Source of the DNA: Octopus vulgaris
Taxonomy: Eukaryota
Length of the DNA stretch: 64,000 bases
Reading direction: 5' to 3'
NCBI GenBank assembly: GCA_951406725.2
Contig: OX597833.1
Location: forward strand, 13,330,001 to 13,394,000
A model generated the notes under the pieces. It was not told the DNA's origin. It ran no database searches and saw nothing but the letters and a program-made list of their open reading frames with translations. Every line of letters begins with the position of its first letter. The first letter of the stretch is position 1. Below, piece by piece: positions 11,163 to 25,117 of this stretch. The translations under genes and the position numbers were made by a program.

Positions 11163-12004
11163 ATAAATAAAGGAAACGTATCCATTTTTTCCAGGGGAAT
11201 GTCATCGATTTCGACCACATCTATATTAGTGACATTGTCTGTTTGTCATGAGGCGTCGAAGTGGCAGGGTCTTTAGCGCGTCGTACCAAATGCTTAAAGA
11301 CATTCCCTCTGGCTTTATACATTCTGGGTTCAAATTCGACCGCAGTCGACTTTATCTCATCTTTACGGGGTCGATGTAATCGACTAGTAACTTCCTTTCA
11401 TATTTCATGCCTTGAACCTAAATTGTTTGTCTTCAGTCCACCAGTTGACAAATGCTTTAGCGTGTCGGACAAAATGCATAATGGCACTTCTTCCGACTCT
11501 AAGTTCTCAGTTCAAACTCCGCTGAGGACAACTTTGCCTTTAATCCTTTCAGCTGTCCATTAAAACTGGTCGTTGTTGTTGTTGTTGCTGTTGTTATTTA
11601 GCCCCGAGCTACCTCTGGACGAACATTTATATGAACGAAGGTGTTCCAACAGCGACAAATTCTATTTTTGTTTTTTCCCCATTAAAACCAATTTCTTTCG
11701 ACTCAATACACACCTATTGCTACATTGTCAAAAATCTTGTCTCTTAGAGAGAAATTTTGCTGCTCTTTCTAGCAGATCGAGCGACCGTGTAAAGGCATCC
11801 GCCATACCATGTCTAAAAAATTAGTTGGTCTGATCAGATTGACTAACTCTAATTAATAATTGTTTGCTTAGAACAGACACGCATCAACTGGTCGCTCAAT
11901 CTATTCAATCAGGGAGAACAATCGTTATTTGAACATTGGGTTATTTTTGTTCCAAGAACCGATAAAAAAAATATCCTACAGATGACGCTAGCTATGTCCA
12001 TGGG

Positions 12005-12058
<54 letters not shown>

Positions 12059-12141
12059 CTCATGGCATTATCATTGTGTTTTATTCCGAATCACTGTTTG
12101 TCTTTCGCTTTGTTATAATAACGGTGTAAAGTCAATCTGAG

Positions 12142-12213
<72 letters not shown>

Positions 12214-12391
12214 TGAGTAAGAGAGAAGGCAGGGGGAATGTGACAGGATATTTATTTAGAGGTTTTTCTCAAGAGCTGTGCGTTATATAAATCAGACCAT
12301 TTAACTAATCTCCTACCAAACAACACCGTCGTTTCTCTGTTGCTATTTGTTCTTTGGATGTATATAGCTGGTATATCATATACTCTAAGCG

Positions 12392-12431
<40 letters not shown>

Positions 12432-12432
<1 letters not shown>

Positions 12433-12812
12433 TAGCAGTATAGCCCGGCGTTGCTCGGGATTGTTTTCTTTTCGATCCTTTAGAATTGGAATTTTTGAAA
12501 AGTAAACATTTTGCATTATGTAGCTTGTTATTCTCTTTAAGTGAACATTTTTATCGTCGAAATACACCGAAAAATGGCCACACAGCAGTCAAAAATCGTA
12601 AAAAAATAGGGATTTTTATAGAAAAAAAGCGCCTTTTTGATGTAAATAATTTTTGGTGTTAACATGGTCCAATTTGAAGTTTTTCTTCTACGGAAGGAAG
12701 AGCAAGCCTTCTTCTATCATACTCTCAATTTTGGTCAACTTGCACCACAGGGTCTAGGAGGAGATAGTGTTAGTTGAAGGCTACCAAACCTGCCATACAC
12801 AGACAACTTCAG

Positions 12813-12820
<8 letters not shown>
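12432..12820 (-). mobile_element. non-autonomous Helitron (family A)
   Basis: Minus-strand 3' end cccgagcaacgccgggc hairpin followed by CTAG|T; embedded in (TA)n; copies at 24285 and 52248. Confidence 0.85.
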
Positions 12821-12855
<35 letters not shown>

Positions 12856-13029
12856 CTGGTACTTAATTTATCGACACCGAACAGATGAAAGGCATAGTCG
12901 ACCTCGGCAGAATTTGAACTCAGAACGTAGCGACAGAGGAAATACTGTTAAGCATTTCGCCCGGCGTGCTAACAGGCTAACGGTTCTGCCAGCTGGCAGC
13001 CTTTATGTATATCAATTCCGATCATGAAT

Positions 13030-13850
13030 AGCCAACGAGAGAAAAGAAACTCTACTCCCCATGGAATTAGATGGTCGGTTCCAGCGTGAAACTAACAACT
13101 TAAAAGACCAAGAAGCTTCATGGAGGCGGCATAGCAAGGGTGACTTAAAATGAAGACTGAAAGCTTAATCATCGCTGCCTAGGATCAGGCATTATTACCA
13201 AATCAGTGAAAAGAGATAGATATACCACACAAGTGCAACGAACCTCTGCAGAATGTATTGGAAGAGGGTCGAAAGCGTGACTCACATTGCCAGTGCTTGT
13301 GAAAGTCTTGCGCAATAAGAGTACACGCACAGACACAACAAGGTACCCCAAAACCTTCACTGGTAACGGGTGCATGGTACCAACATGCACCATAAAAGCT
13401 ACTGGACGAAAAGTGGGATGGCTAAAATCCTTTGGAACTTTCACTTCGAGACAGACAAGGTGCTAGAACATCGAAGGCTGAGTATAGTAACCTTTAGGAG
13501 GGACAAACAAGTGTACCTAATAATCGACATGGTTGTACCAGGAGATCAATGTATTATCATGAAAGAAAGAGAAAAGGTTGATAAATATGGAGACCCAAGA
13601 AATGAGATCGCTAAAATGTGGCAACTACGAGAGTAAAACTGTTTGTCCCTATTGTCGTATAGATCAATACCACCCAATTTGAAAAATATCTGAAAACCTT
13701 AGATATACCCTACAATCCAGATTTATTGAAAAACTCGGCATTACTTGGAACTGCACGCATGTTGCGTAAAGTATTGTCTGTCTGAGGTCCTTGTTGCGAC
13801 TGACAGACAACTCATCCCTACAGCTGGGTGAATAGGAGCAACATAAAATA
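13030..13850 (+). mobile_element. R4/Dong-clade non-LTR retrotransposon 3' remnant (zinc knuckle plus restriction-like endonuclease)
   Basis: Broken frames read QDQAL..., VTHIASACESLAQ*EY.., KILWNFHFETDKVLEHRRLSIV..LIIDMVVPGD..KEREKVDKY..IAKMW, and terminal LKNSALLGTARMLRKVLSV*. Confidence 0.85.
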
Positions 13851-14034
13851 AAGCTTCTTACACCCCAGTACAGCTGATTGCCTTGTGAATGAATTTAGTA
13901 GACAGATGTGTGGGAGCCCGTAGCACATAAATCTGTGCGCCTGTGTCTGTGTGTCCATAATAATTGGTGCACTTGGTTTGTGAGTAGCTACCAAAGTGAC
14001 AGTCTGGATAAGCTAGGGTCTTTTTTTTATTATT

Positions 14035-14375
14035 CTTTTTACTTGTTTCAGTCATTTGACTGTGGCCATGCTGGAGCACTGCCTTCAGTCGAGCAAATCG
14101 ACCCCAGGACTTATTCTTTGTAAGCCTAGTACTTATTCTATCGATCTCTTTTGCCGAACCGCTAAGTTACGGGGACATGACACACCAGCATCGGTTGTCA
14201 AGCACAGACACACAAACGCATACACACACACATATATATATATACATATATACGGCGGGCTTCTTTCAGTTTCCGTCTACCAAATCCACTCACAAGGCTT
14301 TGGTCGGCCCGAGGCTATAGTAGAAGACACTTGTCCAAGGTGCCACACAGTGGGACTGAACCCAGAACCATATGG
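14035..14375 (-). mobile_element. CORE-like SINE
   Basis: Matches the 29042-29490 family. Confidence 0.9.
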
Positions 14376-14560
14376 CCTTCAAGAAAGAAAAAAAACATTA
14401 ACCAGCTAATTCACATATTACAAATATAATCTGTTAGTGGAACAGTAAAAATATTCAACCGTTTTCTCAAGTTTAGAGCCTCGCTTTGTTTTTGTTATTT
14501 ACATTCCACCGATGGAGGTTTGTATCTTTGTTAGAAATTGACTCCTTTATTAAATAATTA

Positions 14561-15009
14561 CCGTAAATCCTCGAGTTAATACGCCCCCCCTTCTCTAACT
14601 TGAGTCGTGCGTAATTAAACCAGCAGCACCTAGTCGAACAAACACTTCCGCGCATGCGTAATACAATAATGGTAATGTTTTTAACTGTTATATGGGAATG
14701 TAAATATGTTTGCAAATTTTCTTTGTTATATGTTATTCAGTGTTCTGTATACTTTTATTTTAATAAATGTTGCTTACTGCAAGTTATGGATGATTCTTTT
14801 ATGACTTCATTGCTTTCAGGCTTAGCTTAAGATATTTTCGCGCCCAACATCACGAAATGCGTCTGAATAAACATTGCCGGACAGCAAATACAGACTCGGA
14901 CATTGCTTAGAAAATATTTTTCATGTTTAACCTCGTATATAGTACGCACTAGGGATTTTGACCTTTAAGTTTTGGGGAAAAAATGCGGATTATACTCGAG
15001 GATATACAG
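14561..15009. mobile_element. Tc2/pogo-like MITE
   Basis: TA|ccgtaaatcctcgagt ... actcgaggatatacag|TA: imperfect TIRs with TA duplication. Confidence 0.7.
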
Positions 15010-15169
15010 TAAAAAGAGAAGACGCATACTTACATAAATGTATACATACATACAGACATATATGTATACATACATATATGCATTCATGCAAACACTTAGC
15101 AGCGTCACCACAATGCATTTGTATATTTCCGTTCACGTGGACAAAAACATACGCGCGCGCGTGCATACA

Positions 15170-16275
15170 TACCTACACACACATATATGTGAGTACGTAT
15201 ATACATAGAAACAAACAGTCACACACACACATATGAAAGTGTACATACCTAGATGCAAATATTCACACACACACACACACACATACCTGCATACATACAT
15301 ACACAAGAAACTGGCATACACACACACACACACATATATGTGAATGAGTACATACATAGACGCAAACAGTCACAGACACACAAACATATACAAACGTGCA
15401 CACACATACCTACACACAAAAGAAAATGGCACATACACACACACATATGTGAGTGCGTACATACATAGATACAAACATTCACACACGCACACATACATAC
15501 ATACATACAGAAGAAAATGACACAAACACACACATATGTGAATGCGTACATACATAGATGCAAACATTCACACACATACACACACACACAAAAAGTGGAA
15601 TACACACATGTAAGTGCATACATGCATAGAAGCAAACAGTCTTTCTCTCTCTCACACACACATACATACATAGATACATACACAAGAAAATGGAATACAC
15701 ATACATATATATGAGAATGAGTACATATATAGACGTAAAGTCACACACACAAACACATACAAATGCACGCACACACACACACACATACCTACACACAAAA
15801 GAAAATGGCACACACACATGTACACACATACATGTGAGTGCGTATATACATAGATGCAAACAGTCACACACACACACACACACACTTACATACCCAAAGT
15901 GGCATACACACATCTGAGTGCGTACATGGATAGAAGCAAACAATCACACATACACACACACAAAGAAAATGGCACACACACACACACACACGCAAGAAAA
16001 TGGCACACACACACACACACAAAGAAAATGGCACACACACACAAAGAAAATGGCACACACACACACAAAGAAAATGGCACACACACACACACACAAGAAA
16101 ATGGCACACACACACACACACACACACACAAAGAAAATGGCACACACACACACACACAAGAAAATGGCAAACACACACACAAAGAAAATGGCACACACAC
16201 AGACAAAGAAAATGGCACACACATACACACACGTGAGTGCGTACATACATAGAAACACACACACACACACACAAC
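15170..16275. repeat. compound satellite, (CA)n punctuated by aagaaaatggc and gagtgcgtacatacataga
   Basis: Recurrent spacers seen directly. Confidence 0.9.
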
Positions 16276-16512
16276 ACATGAATAACGCATTCTACAACCA
16301 TATACATTACGTTGCGTTGCAGGAAATGGACATAAAGAGATAATTAAAACAGCAGCATCACCACCATCAGCATCATCACCCCCACCACCACCATCATTGC
16401 CGACGACAACACAGCACATTTACGACAATTAAAGCTACCATCCCTACCCCACCCCACCACCACTACTGTTGCTTCTGCTACTACTACTACTACTAGTAAC
16501 ACAATTATGGTA

Positions 16513-17169
16513 ATAATCCTTTCTACTGGAGACACAAGGCCTCTAATTTATGGGGAAGGGATGAGTCGATTACATAGGCCCCAGTGCGTCACTGGTACTT
16601 ATTTTATCGACCCCCGAAAGGATGAAAGGCAAAGTCGACCTTGGCGGAATTTGAACCCAGAACGTAAAGAGCCGCAAGAAATACTCCTGGGTATATCATT
16701 GTCTGACCGTCTGACAATTCTGCCAGCTAACAACAACAATAGCAATCATTTCTACTAAAAGCCGAAGGCCTTGAAATTTGGCGGGAGGGGGCAAGTCGAT
16801 TACATCGACCCCAGTGCGTAACTGGTACTTAATTTATCGAACCCCGAAATGGTTGAAAGGCAAAGTCGACCACGGCGGAATTTTAACCCAGAACGTAGCG
16901 GCAGACGAAATACCGCTAAACATTTCGCCCGCCGTGCTAACGATTCTGCCAGCAACAAAAACGATAATACTCCTTTCTACTATAGGCACAGGCAAACGGA
17001 TTAAGTCGATTATATCGACCCTAGTGCGTAACTGGTACTTATTTAATCGACCCCGAAAGGATGAAAGGCAAAGTCGACGTCGGCGGAATTTGAACTCAGA
17101 ACGTAGCGGCAGACGAAATACGGCTACGCATTTCGCCCGGCGTGCTAACGTTTCTGCCAGCTCGCCGCC
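16513..17169 (-). mobile_element. three Nin-domain-like SINE copies
   Basis: Core repeated three times with the alternative tail (cctttctact..ggcacaaggcc). Confidence 0.85.
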
Positions 17170-17399
17170 TTAGCAACAACAAATGCAACAAGAACAACAA
17201 CAATAACAACAGCAACTTACAGCACTACTAACACCACCGCAATAATAGTAACAGAGACAAAATGAAACATCTGCTGACTCGATAAGAGAAAGAAGGAAAA
17301 TCCAAAAGATTGAAATATGTGTTAAAAGTATTGGGTTACAGTTGTTTTGTAACAGGAAGTAGTTTACAATATGCCGGACATTGTAGCGGTGGTGGGGGT

Positions 17400-18675
17400 G
17401 GCGTATAGAGCCACAGGTAACAAATGAAGAGACGATCACGGTTTCGAATTCCGATGTATATGCTATTTCCCAAACGCTTTTATTTAATCTGTTGTTGGCT
17501 GGTTTACGGTGAAAGATGGCTCAGTTCTTGTGTAGGTTGTATATTGTAACGATGGCGGTATAGGATGACGGTGTAAGACGACGGTAGAGGATGACGGTGT
17601 AAGACGACGGTAGAGGATGACGGTGTAAGACGACGGTAGAGGATGACGGTGTAAGACGACGGTAGAGGATGACGATGTAAGACGACGGTAGAGGATGACG
17701 GTAGAGGATGACGATGTAAGACGACGGTTGAGGATGACGATGTAAGACGACGGTATAGGATGACGGTGTAAGACGACGGTGTAAGGTGACGGTATAGGAT
17801 GACGGTGTAAGACGACGGTATAGGATGACAGGGTAAGACGACGGTATAGGATGACAGGGTAAGACGACGGTGTAGAGTACATGTTTCTCATCGTAACAAT
17901 GACCGTATAAAATGACTGTATAAGACGGTCGTATAAGGTATATATTACTCAAACGCTTTTACTTAAGGTGGTTTTATTGGCTGGTTTGCGGTGAAAGATG
18001 GTTCAGTTCATGTAACTCGTGTATAAGGTGGATATTGTAACCATGATGGTATCGAGCGAGCAAACTAGTGACAATAGAAGAGCGCTGGAATTTGTCTCTG
18101 GTTGAGGGCGTGAAACACGCATGCACCAAGATTTTGGACCTTATCCATCAAGTGAAGTAACGGGTGATGGTATGAGAGTATCCCATCTGCTAAAACCTGT
18201 TTCCCAGTGGATTAGTGCGAATTAATGAGGAACTCGTTGAGTCTGTTCTCTTAGAACTGAACAGTTCGACCGGAAAGCGAAGAGCAATATCGAATTTCTC
18301 CACCTTGAAACATGGAAACCATTTTTGCGCATTTCTATCAGTAACACCATCTTCTCCGTACACAACACAGATACCTCGATCGCTTTCGGTATCTTTGGAA
18401 TTTCGATGGAAAACAAGGAGATGCAGGCGTAGTAAATGATTAATTTTTCTTTTTATTTAGCTTTCTATCAAAATTTATTTGAAAGTGATACAATTTATTC
18501 AAATTTCAAAATCGATAAAAAGTTGTAGAGAAAGAATAGGGCTACAAAAAAATAAAATAAAATAAAATAAAATAAAATAAAAATAAGCATGAAACTTTAG
18601 CATAAAAGTATTTTTAGTATTAATTCGAATAACATTTAAGAGAAACGGACGAATTTATCTGATGGCCTTGTGTAT
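17400..18675 (-). mobile_element. degraded mariner element (N-terminal HTH region)
   Basis: Minus-strand RGICVVYGEDGVTDRNAQKWFPCFK..FD and VQNLGACVFHAL (compare mariner WVPHEL); frameshifted. Confidence 0.75.
17555..17875. repeat. 26-bp minisatellite ggtagaggatgacggtgtaagacgac
   Basis: About 12 tandem units. Confidence 0.95.
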
Positions 18676-18790
18676 TGATTTCAAATATTGGCATAAGGAC
18701 AGTAATTAATTATCGGGCAAGTGGGTGAATCGGTTACAACGACCTCAATAATCAACTGGTACTTACTTTATCGAGCTGGCAGAGCTGGCA

Positions 18791-19020
18791 GGCGGCGAGC
18801 TGGCAGAAACGTTAGCACGCCGGGCGAAATGCTTAGCGGTATTTCGTCTGCGTTATGTTGTGAGTTCAAATTCCGCCGAGGTCGACTTTGTCTTTCATCC
18901 TTTCGGGGTCGATAAATTAAGTACCAGTTACGCACTGGGGTCGATGGAATCGACTTAATACCTATGTCTGTCTTTGTTTGTCCCCTCTGTGTTTAGCCCC
19001 TTGTGGGTAATAAAGAAATA
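18791..19020 (+). mobile_element. full-length young Nin-domain-like SINE with 16-bp TSD, nested in an older SINE
   Basis: TSD ggtacttactttatcg at 18758-18773 and 19021-19036. Confidence 0.95.
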
Positions 19021-19789
19021 GGTACTTACTTTATCGTTCCTGAAAGGGTGAAGAATAAAGTCCACCTTGGTGGAATTTGAACTCAGAACAAAGGTGGGCG
19101 AAATGACGCTATGAATTAATGGCCGACGTGGTAACGATTCTGCAAAGCTTGTCGTCTTCACGGCCGCAAATATCAATCATGAAATTTAAGCAGAACAAGC
19201 TGAAAATCAATCAGCACGTTCATACTGAAATACAATATATACATATTTTTGGCCCTTTTTCTAATTATGCCTCGGGAAAATAAATATATATATATGTACA
19301 TGTACACACACATCCCTCGCCCTTAACAGCTGAAAAGAGGCTCAGAGAGTTAGAGGCAGTTGTTGGGAACAAAGTCTTTGATATTCAATCGCAACCAAAG
19401 TAAATACAAATACGATGAAAACCGTAAACAAAGCCTCAATGTCTTACATTTCTAAACAATAAATCCCGGAGGGTTACATTCTTGAAATATGAATGCTGAC
19501 GATGTCTGGCTTAAAATCTAAAACACAGAGCTTGTTCATCGTAGTCAGCTGCACTAGGAATGTATTTCCATAAATATATATGCATGCATGTATGTATATA
19601 TGTATGGAATACATTTATATACGCATGCGTGCATGTGCATTATATTGGTGAGTATGATATATATATATATGTATGTGTGTGTATGGATGTATAGATGAAT
19701 GAATGTATACACATGCACACGCACGTACATAATATATATATCTATGTATATATATATATATATATCTATAATTGTTTATGTGACCATAT

Positions 19790-19932
19790 ATATAGGGAGA
19801 ATTCACAAAAAAAAAAACAAAAGATGAAGACAGGCGGTGTAGACAACAAACAGATGTATTAGTATAACGCTCGGGAAGTGAAAAAAGTCTTTAAAGTTTC
19901 GAGCCTACGCTCTTCCACAGAAAGGAACACAG
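19790..19932 (-). mobile_element. related Penelope-like short element with decayed hammerhead
   Basis: CTTT-CTGTGGA-A-GAGC.GTAG.GCTC-GAA-ACTT-T-AAAG at 19889-19924. Confidence 0.5.
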
Positions 19933-21009
19933 TTTAGAAAGTATGAAAAGAAGTTGAGATGTATGTATAAATGGGTAGCAAAGATGTACAAGTGTCAATT
20001 CATTACGGCCGTTTGAAGCGACACCTTTGAATAATGAAAACATTACATCATTGCAAAGATACCGTTTTCGTCAATGACCGCATAGACTTCAAGCACATAG
20101 GAGAAACAAACTGCTTTAGCATATTCACATGTGTGTGTATGTATGTATGCATATATAGGTATATATATCTATGATTGTGTATGTATGTATAACTGTGCGT
20201 GTGTGTGTTAGTTTCTTTATAGAAAATATTTACTGCTAAAACGTTATCTCGTACCATCCTCAAAGAACATAAAATTCTTTATGATGACAACTGTGCCGTA
20301 TGTTATATAATTTCGAAACTTAATCCATAAGGGACCTCAATATAAATATTTAATATCTACTTAGTTGCAATGAAGCCTTGAATTATATAATATAGTATAT
20401 ATGCAGGAAATACATACATTGTTTATAATTTAAATTTATATATAAATTGTATAAACAAGAGGCACCTAGTTGATCGCCTCGTGTTTTATATATTTAATCT
20501 AAGGTGTTCCTGTTGAGGAAGATTTCACCTAGCGAGTAAATATTATTTATTTGCTAAACTAAAATCAGAAGCCAATTGGTCCAGGAAACTAGATGGTAAA
20601 ATGTTTTTATTTTTTCATTTCGTTCCTGTCGAATTTTATCCCTAATATTGTGGTTATAGAACCTAGCTGTTCTTTCTAGCGTGTTGAATCACACGAGTGG
20701 ATTCCTTATGTGTTTGAATGTATACTGTATATATACCTAATGTAGGATAAAAATTTTTCGAAAAAAATGTTATCAATGGCCAGCATATCAAAAAATACCT
20801 TTAAAGGTTAAATTTATAAATAACTTATAAAATAATATAATATATATAAAATAAAATAACTTGTAAAATAAAATAAAATATATATATATATATATATATG
20901 TCAGGCTTCTTTCAGTTTCCGTCTACCAAATCCACTCACAAGGCTTTGGTCGTTCCGAGGTTATAGAGAGCATGTGGTTGGGAAGCAAGCTTCTTACCAC
21001 ACAGCCAGT

Positions 21010-21040
<31 letters not shown>

Positions 21041-21451
21041 GACGAGCTTCTTTCAGCTTCCATCAAACTAATCCACTCACAAGGCTTAGGTCGGCCCGAG
21101 ATTATAGTAGTAAACATTTGCCTAGGGTGCGAACCCGGAAACGTGTAACTGGGAAGTAAAGTAGAACGAACAACATTATCTGACAACCCAATACAAAATG
21201 TCGGCTTTCTTTGTGTTTTAACATTACCGTTGTAGAGTTTTTGTGAGTTCGTTTTGTTTTGTTTTGTCTTTTTTTCTTCCACTGGTCCACGCTTCTATTT
21301 AGAGAGCAGAGAGAGTGTTTGCTGTAAGCAAAATATCACTTCGATTGAGGAAAGGTAGAGAGAGAGAAATATTTTTTAATTCATGCTGGGCTAATGTGCG
21401 TAAAATATGTATGAACAGAGGCAAGCAAATATAGAAGACCGTGTCTATCTA

Positions 21452-21492
<41 letters not shown>

Positions 21493-21819
21493 GAGTGGAA
21501 GGAGATACAGGGAGGGGTGGGGAGAGAGAGAGAATGATGGAATTCCGTTCGTTTATTGTTGACTACTAAAATATTTTCCCACAAAGACTTTAATAGATTA
21601 TATCCGGTATTTTCGGTATATATGTGTGTATGTCTGTGTGCGTGCGTGCATTCGTAAGTATGTATGTGTATACGTGTGTGTATATTTGTGCGTAGTGTAA
21701 TTGTATAAATGCATGTGTATGCATGCATGTAGGTATGTATGTACCGCTCATTCCCTCTCTCTATATACACACATGCGTCTTTCTAATCTATTTATATAGA
21801 TATGTATGTATGTATGTCT

Positions 21820-22203
21820 GTATCTATCTGTCTGTCTCTCTCTCTCTCGTACTCTCTCTCTCTCTCGTCGTACTCTCTCTCTATCCAGCTATTTATCTCG
21901 CTATCTCTGTTTCTGTCTCTCTCTCCCTCCTTTCCTCTCTCTTTCTCCGTCTCTCCCCCCTCTCTCTCTCCAGCTATCTATTTATCTATCTATCTCTGTC
22001 TCTCCCTCCCTCCTTCTCTGTCTCTGTCTCTCGTATTCTCTCTCCAGCTGTCTATCTCGCTGTCTATTTCTTTCTCTCCCTCCCTTCTTCCCTCCCTCTT
22101 TCTCTGTCTGTCTGTCTGTCTCTCTCGTACTCTCTCTCTCTAGCTATTTATCTCGCTATCTCTGTTTCTGTCTCTCCAGCTATCTATCTGTCTATCTATC
22201 TAT
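21820..22203. repeat. CT-rich low-complexity tract
   Basis: (TC)n/(TATC)n mosaic. Confidence 0.9.
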
Positions 22204-22526
22204 CAACAACATCGGTGAACTGAACTTTTGATGAAAATTGCTCCGTTGACGATACTTCAATGTGCCACACTTGATCGTACTGTATGCGTGTGTACGTGGA
22301 GGGTGTATGCATGTGTGTGTGTGTTCATGCATGTACATACTCATGTGTATGTCTATTAAAGACTAAACAGGTTTCACCGTATAATTCTAAACTGTCAGCC
22401 CCTAAAACTATGGTGACACACACATACAGACTTAAATCCCTACCTTACGACTCGTCAAAATGTCTGCCTATGTTCTTGACTGCATACGTGCCTAAATCCA
22501 TCCACCCATCCATGCATAAATATTTA

Positions 22527-22837
22527 TATCACGTGATCACGTGACCGACCAGGCTATCAGATGTTGCTACACATCGCTGGTCACAATGCACTTCGCATTG
22601 TTTTAGCCTTCAAATGACGCCACCCCGCTGGCTAAGCGAGCAGGCCAACAGAAGAAAGAGTGAGAGAAAGTTGCGGCGAAAGAGTACAGCAGGGATCGCC
22701 ACCAACCCCTGCCGGAGCCTCGTGGAGCTATAAGTGTTTTCGCTCAATAAACACTCACAACGCCCGGTCTGGGAATCGAAACCGCGATCCTACGACCGCG
22801 AGTTCGCTGCCCTAACCACTGGACCATTGTGCCTCCG
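22527..22837 (-). mobile_element. tRNA-Arg-derived SINE (OR-like) with a third tail type
   Basis: Head ggaggcacaatggtccagtggttagggcagcgaacTCGcggtcgtagg; tail ends in cacgtgatcacgtgat. Confidence 0.85.
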
Positions 22838-22859
22838 CATAAATATTTATATACATACA

Positions 22860-23241
22860 CTAGCAGTATCGCCCGACGTTGCTCAGGTTTGTAAGGGAAA
22901 TAACTATAAAGCATTTTTAGAGAGTGATAGCCAAAAAATAGCAAAAAAATGGAAAAAAATGGTAAATTTTTTTTTGAGATTTAAAAAAGGTGGAGTTGCG
23001 TCCCCTAGACAGTTTGTGGTTTGGGTTTCTGATTCTCGACCCCATGTCGAATTTATCGATTTTTTTCAGAACTGGGGGAACTTTTCAAAATTTTCGCTGC
23101 GTTAGTTTTGAATTATGACATTGGGCTATGTGTGTGTCAAGTTTCATCAGAATCGGTTGAAAGCCGTGGTCAGGGTGAGGGTACAAGCAAACAGACACAC
23201 AGAAACACGCACAGACAAACTGCCGTTTATATATAGAGAGA
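22860..23241 (-). mobile_element. non-autonomous Helitron (family B)
   Basis: Same 3' hairpin+CTAG end as family A with a different body; 5' TC end in tctctctatatata; second copy at 24707-25063. Confidence 0.85.
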
Positions 23242-23871
23242 TGTATCCTTATGTGTGTGTGTGTGTGTGTGTGCGCAAACGTATGTCTGGAATTCACAAG
23301 ATTCATTATTAAATACAACGATCGTTTCCATCAACGATACTACGCAATTGCTTATGATGCCTCCTTCAGTACAGATGTCTCTCGTCAGGTAACATTTCAA
23401 AAGGTACTTCCTCTAGTAAACTCCCTTTCGCTTGGTTTGATAATACAGCATGCCATTATTTGCTTGGTGGTGGTTGTCTATAGGCATCATGGTTTCGAAT
23501 GACATGGAATGGATACAGTTTATTTTTTAATATATTCTGTTAAGGTACCTATCTATCTATCCATCTATCTATCTATGTATGTGTGTATGTATATATGTAT
23601 GTAACACACCATACTAATCATATCTGTCGGGCATGTGGAAGAGAGTGTAATTCGGCAGGAGGACTTAAATGACATGCAAAGGTACATGAAGCCCAGTTAT
23701 AAATACAGCCGGCTATTACCAGTAAAGGTTTTAGTAGCCAATTCTGTACAAGACATTGTAGATCTTTAGCTGGGCTAAAAAGTCACGTTCGATCACAACA
23801 CCAGTAATAGTTAAGCTTCGTGCAATGGTCATACTCGATAACGACGGGGCAGCCATAATAATATATGTCTA

Positions 23872-24250
23872 TGCGCAGGAGTGACTGTGTGGTAAGCGGC
23901 TCCTTCTATAGCCTCAGGCCAAACAAAGCCTTGACAGTGGATTTAGTTGATGGAAACTGAAAGAAGCCCGTCATGTTTGTGTATGTATATAAATATATAT
24001 ATATATATATATTGTGTGTGTGTGTGTGTGTGTGTATTTCTTTGTGTGTCTGTGCTTATCCCCTTACCATCACTTGACAATCAATGTTGATGTGTTTACG
24101 TCCCCGTAACTTAGCGGTCTAGCAAAAGTGACCGATAGAATAAGTACTAGGCTTACAAAGGATAAGTCCTTGGGTCAATTTGTTCGACTAAAGGCGGTGC
24201 TCCAGCATGACTGCAGTCAAATGAATGAAATAAGTAAAAGAGTAAAAGAA
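23872..24250 (+). mobile_element. CORE-like SINE (internally deleted)
   Basis: Head gcgcaggagtgactgtgtggtaag through the aagtaaaagagtaaaag tail. Confidence 0.85.
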
Positions 24251-24284
24251 CATGTCTGTCTGTCTGACTGACTGTGTGTATATA

Positions 24285-24673
24285 TCTCTATACATATAAA
24301 GCTGAAGTTGTCTGTGTGTGGCAGGTTTGGTAGCCTTCAACTAACACTATCTCCTCCGAGACCCTGCGGCGGAAGTTGACCAAAATTAAGAGTATGATAG
24401 AAGAAGGCTTGCTCTTCATTCCGTTGAAGAAAAAATTCAAATCGGACCGTGTTAACACCAAAAATTATTTACATCAAAAAGGTGCTTTTTTCTATGAAAA
24501 TCCCTATTTTTACGATTTTTTTACTGCTGTGTCGCCATTTTTCGGTGTATTTCAACGAGAAAAATGTTCACTTAAAGAGAATAACAAGCTACATAACACA
24601 AAATTTTTACTTTTCGAAAATTCAAATTCTAAAAGGTCGAAACAAACCCGTGCAACGCCGAGCGATACTGCTA

Positions 24674-24674
<1 letters not shown>
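24285..24674 (+). mobile_element. non-autonomous Helitron (family A)
   Basis: A|TC start and cccgtgcaacgccgagcgatactgCTAG|T end. Confidence 0.9.
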
Positions 24675-24706
<32 letters not shown>

Positions 24707-24707
<1 letters not shown>

Positions 24708-25058
24708 TAGCAGTATCGCCCGACGTTGCTCGGATTTGTAAGGGAAATAACTATAAAGCATTTTTAGAGAGTTATAGCCAAAAAATGGAAAAAAAATGAT
24801 GGTAAATTTTTTTAGTTAAAAAGGTCGAGTTGCGTCCCCTAGACAGTCTGTAGTTTGTGTTTCTGATTCTCGACCTCATGTCGAATTTATCGATTTTTTT
24901 CAGAACTGGAGGAACTTTTCAAAATTTTCGCTGCGTTAGTTTTGAATTATGACATTGGGCTATGTGTGTGTCAAGTTTCATCAGAATCGGTTGAAAGCCG
25001 TGGTCAGAGTGAGGGTACAACCTAACAGACACACAGAAACACACACAGACAAACTGCC

Positions 25059-25063
<5 letters not shown>
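24707..25063 (-). mobile_element. non-autonomous Helitron (family B)
   Basis: Homologous to 22860-23241. Confidence 0.85.
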
Positions 25064-25117
<54 letters not shown>

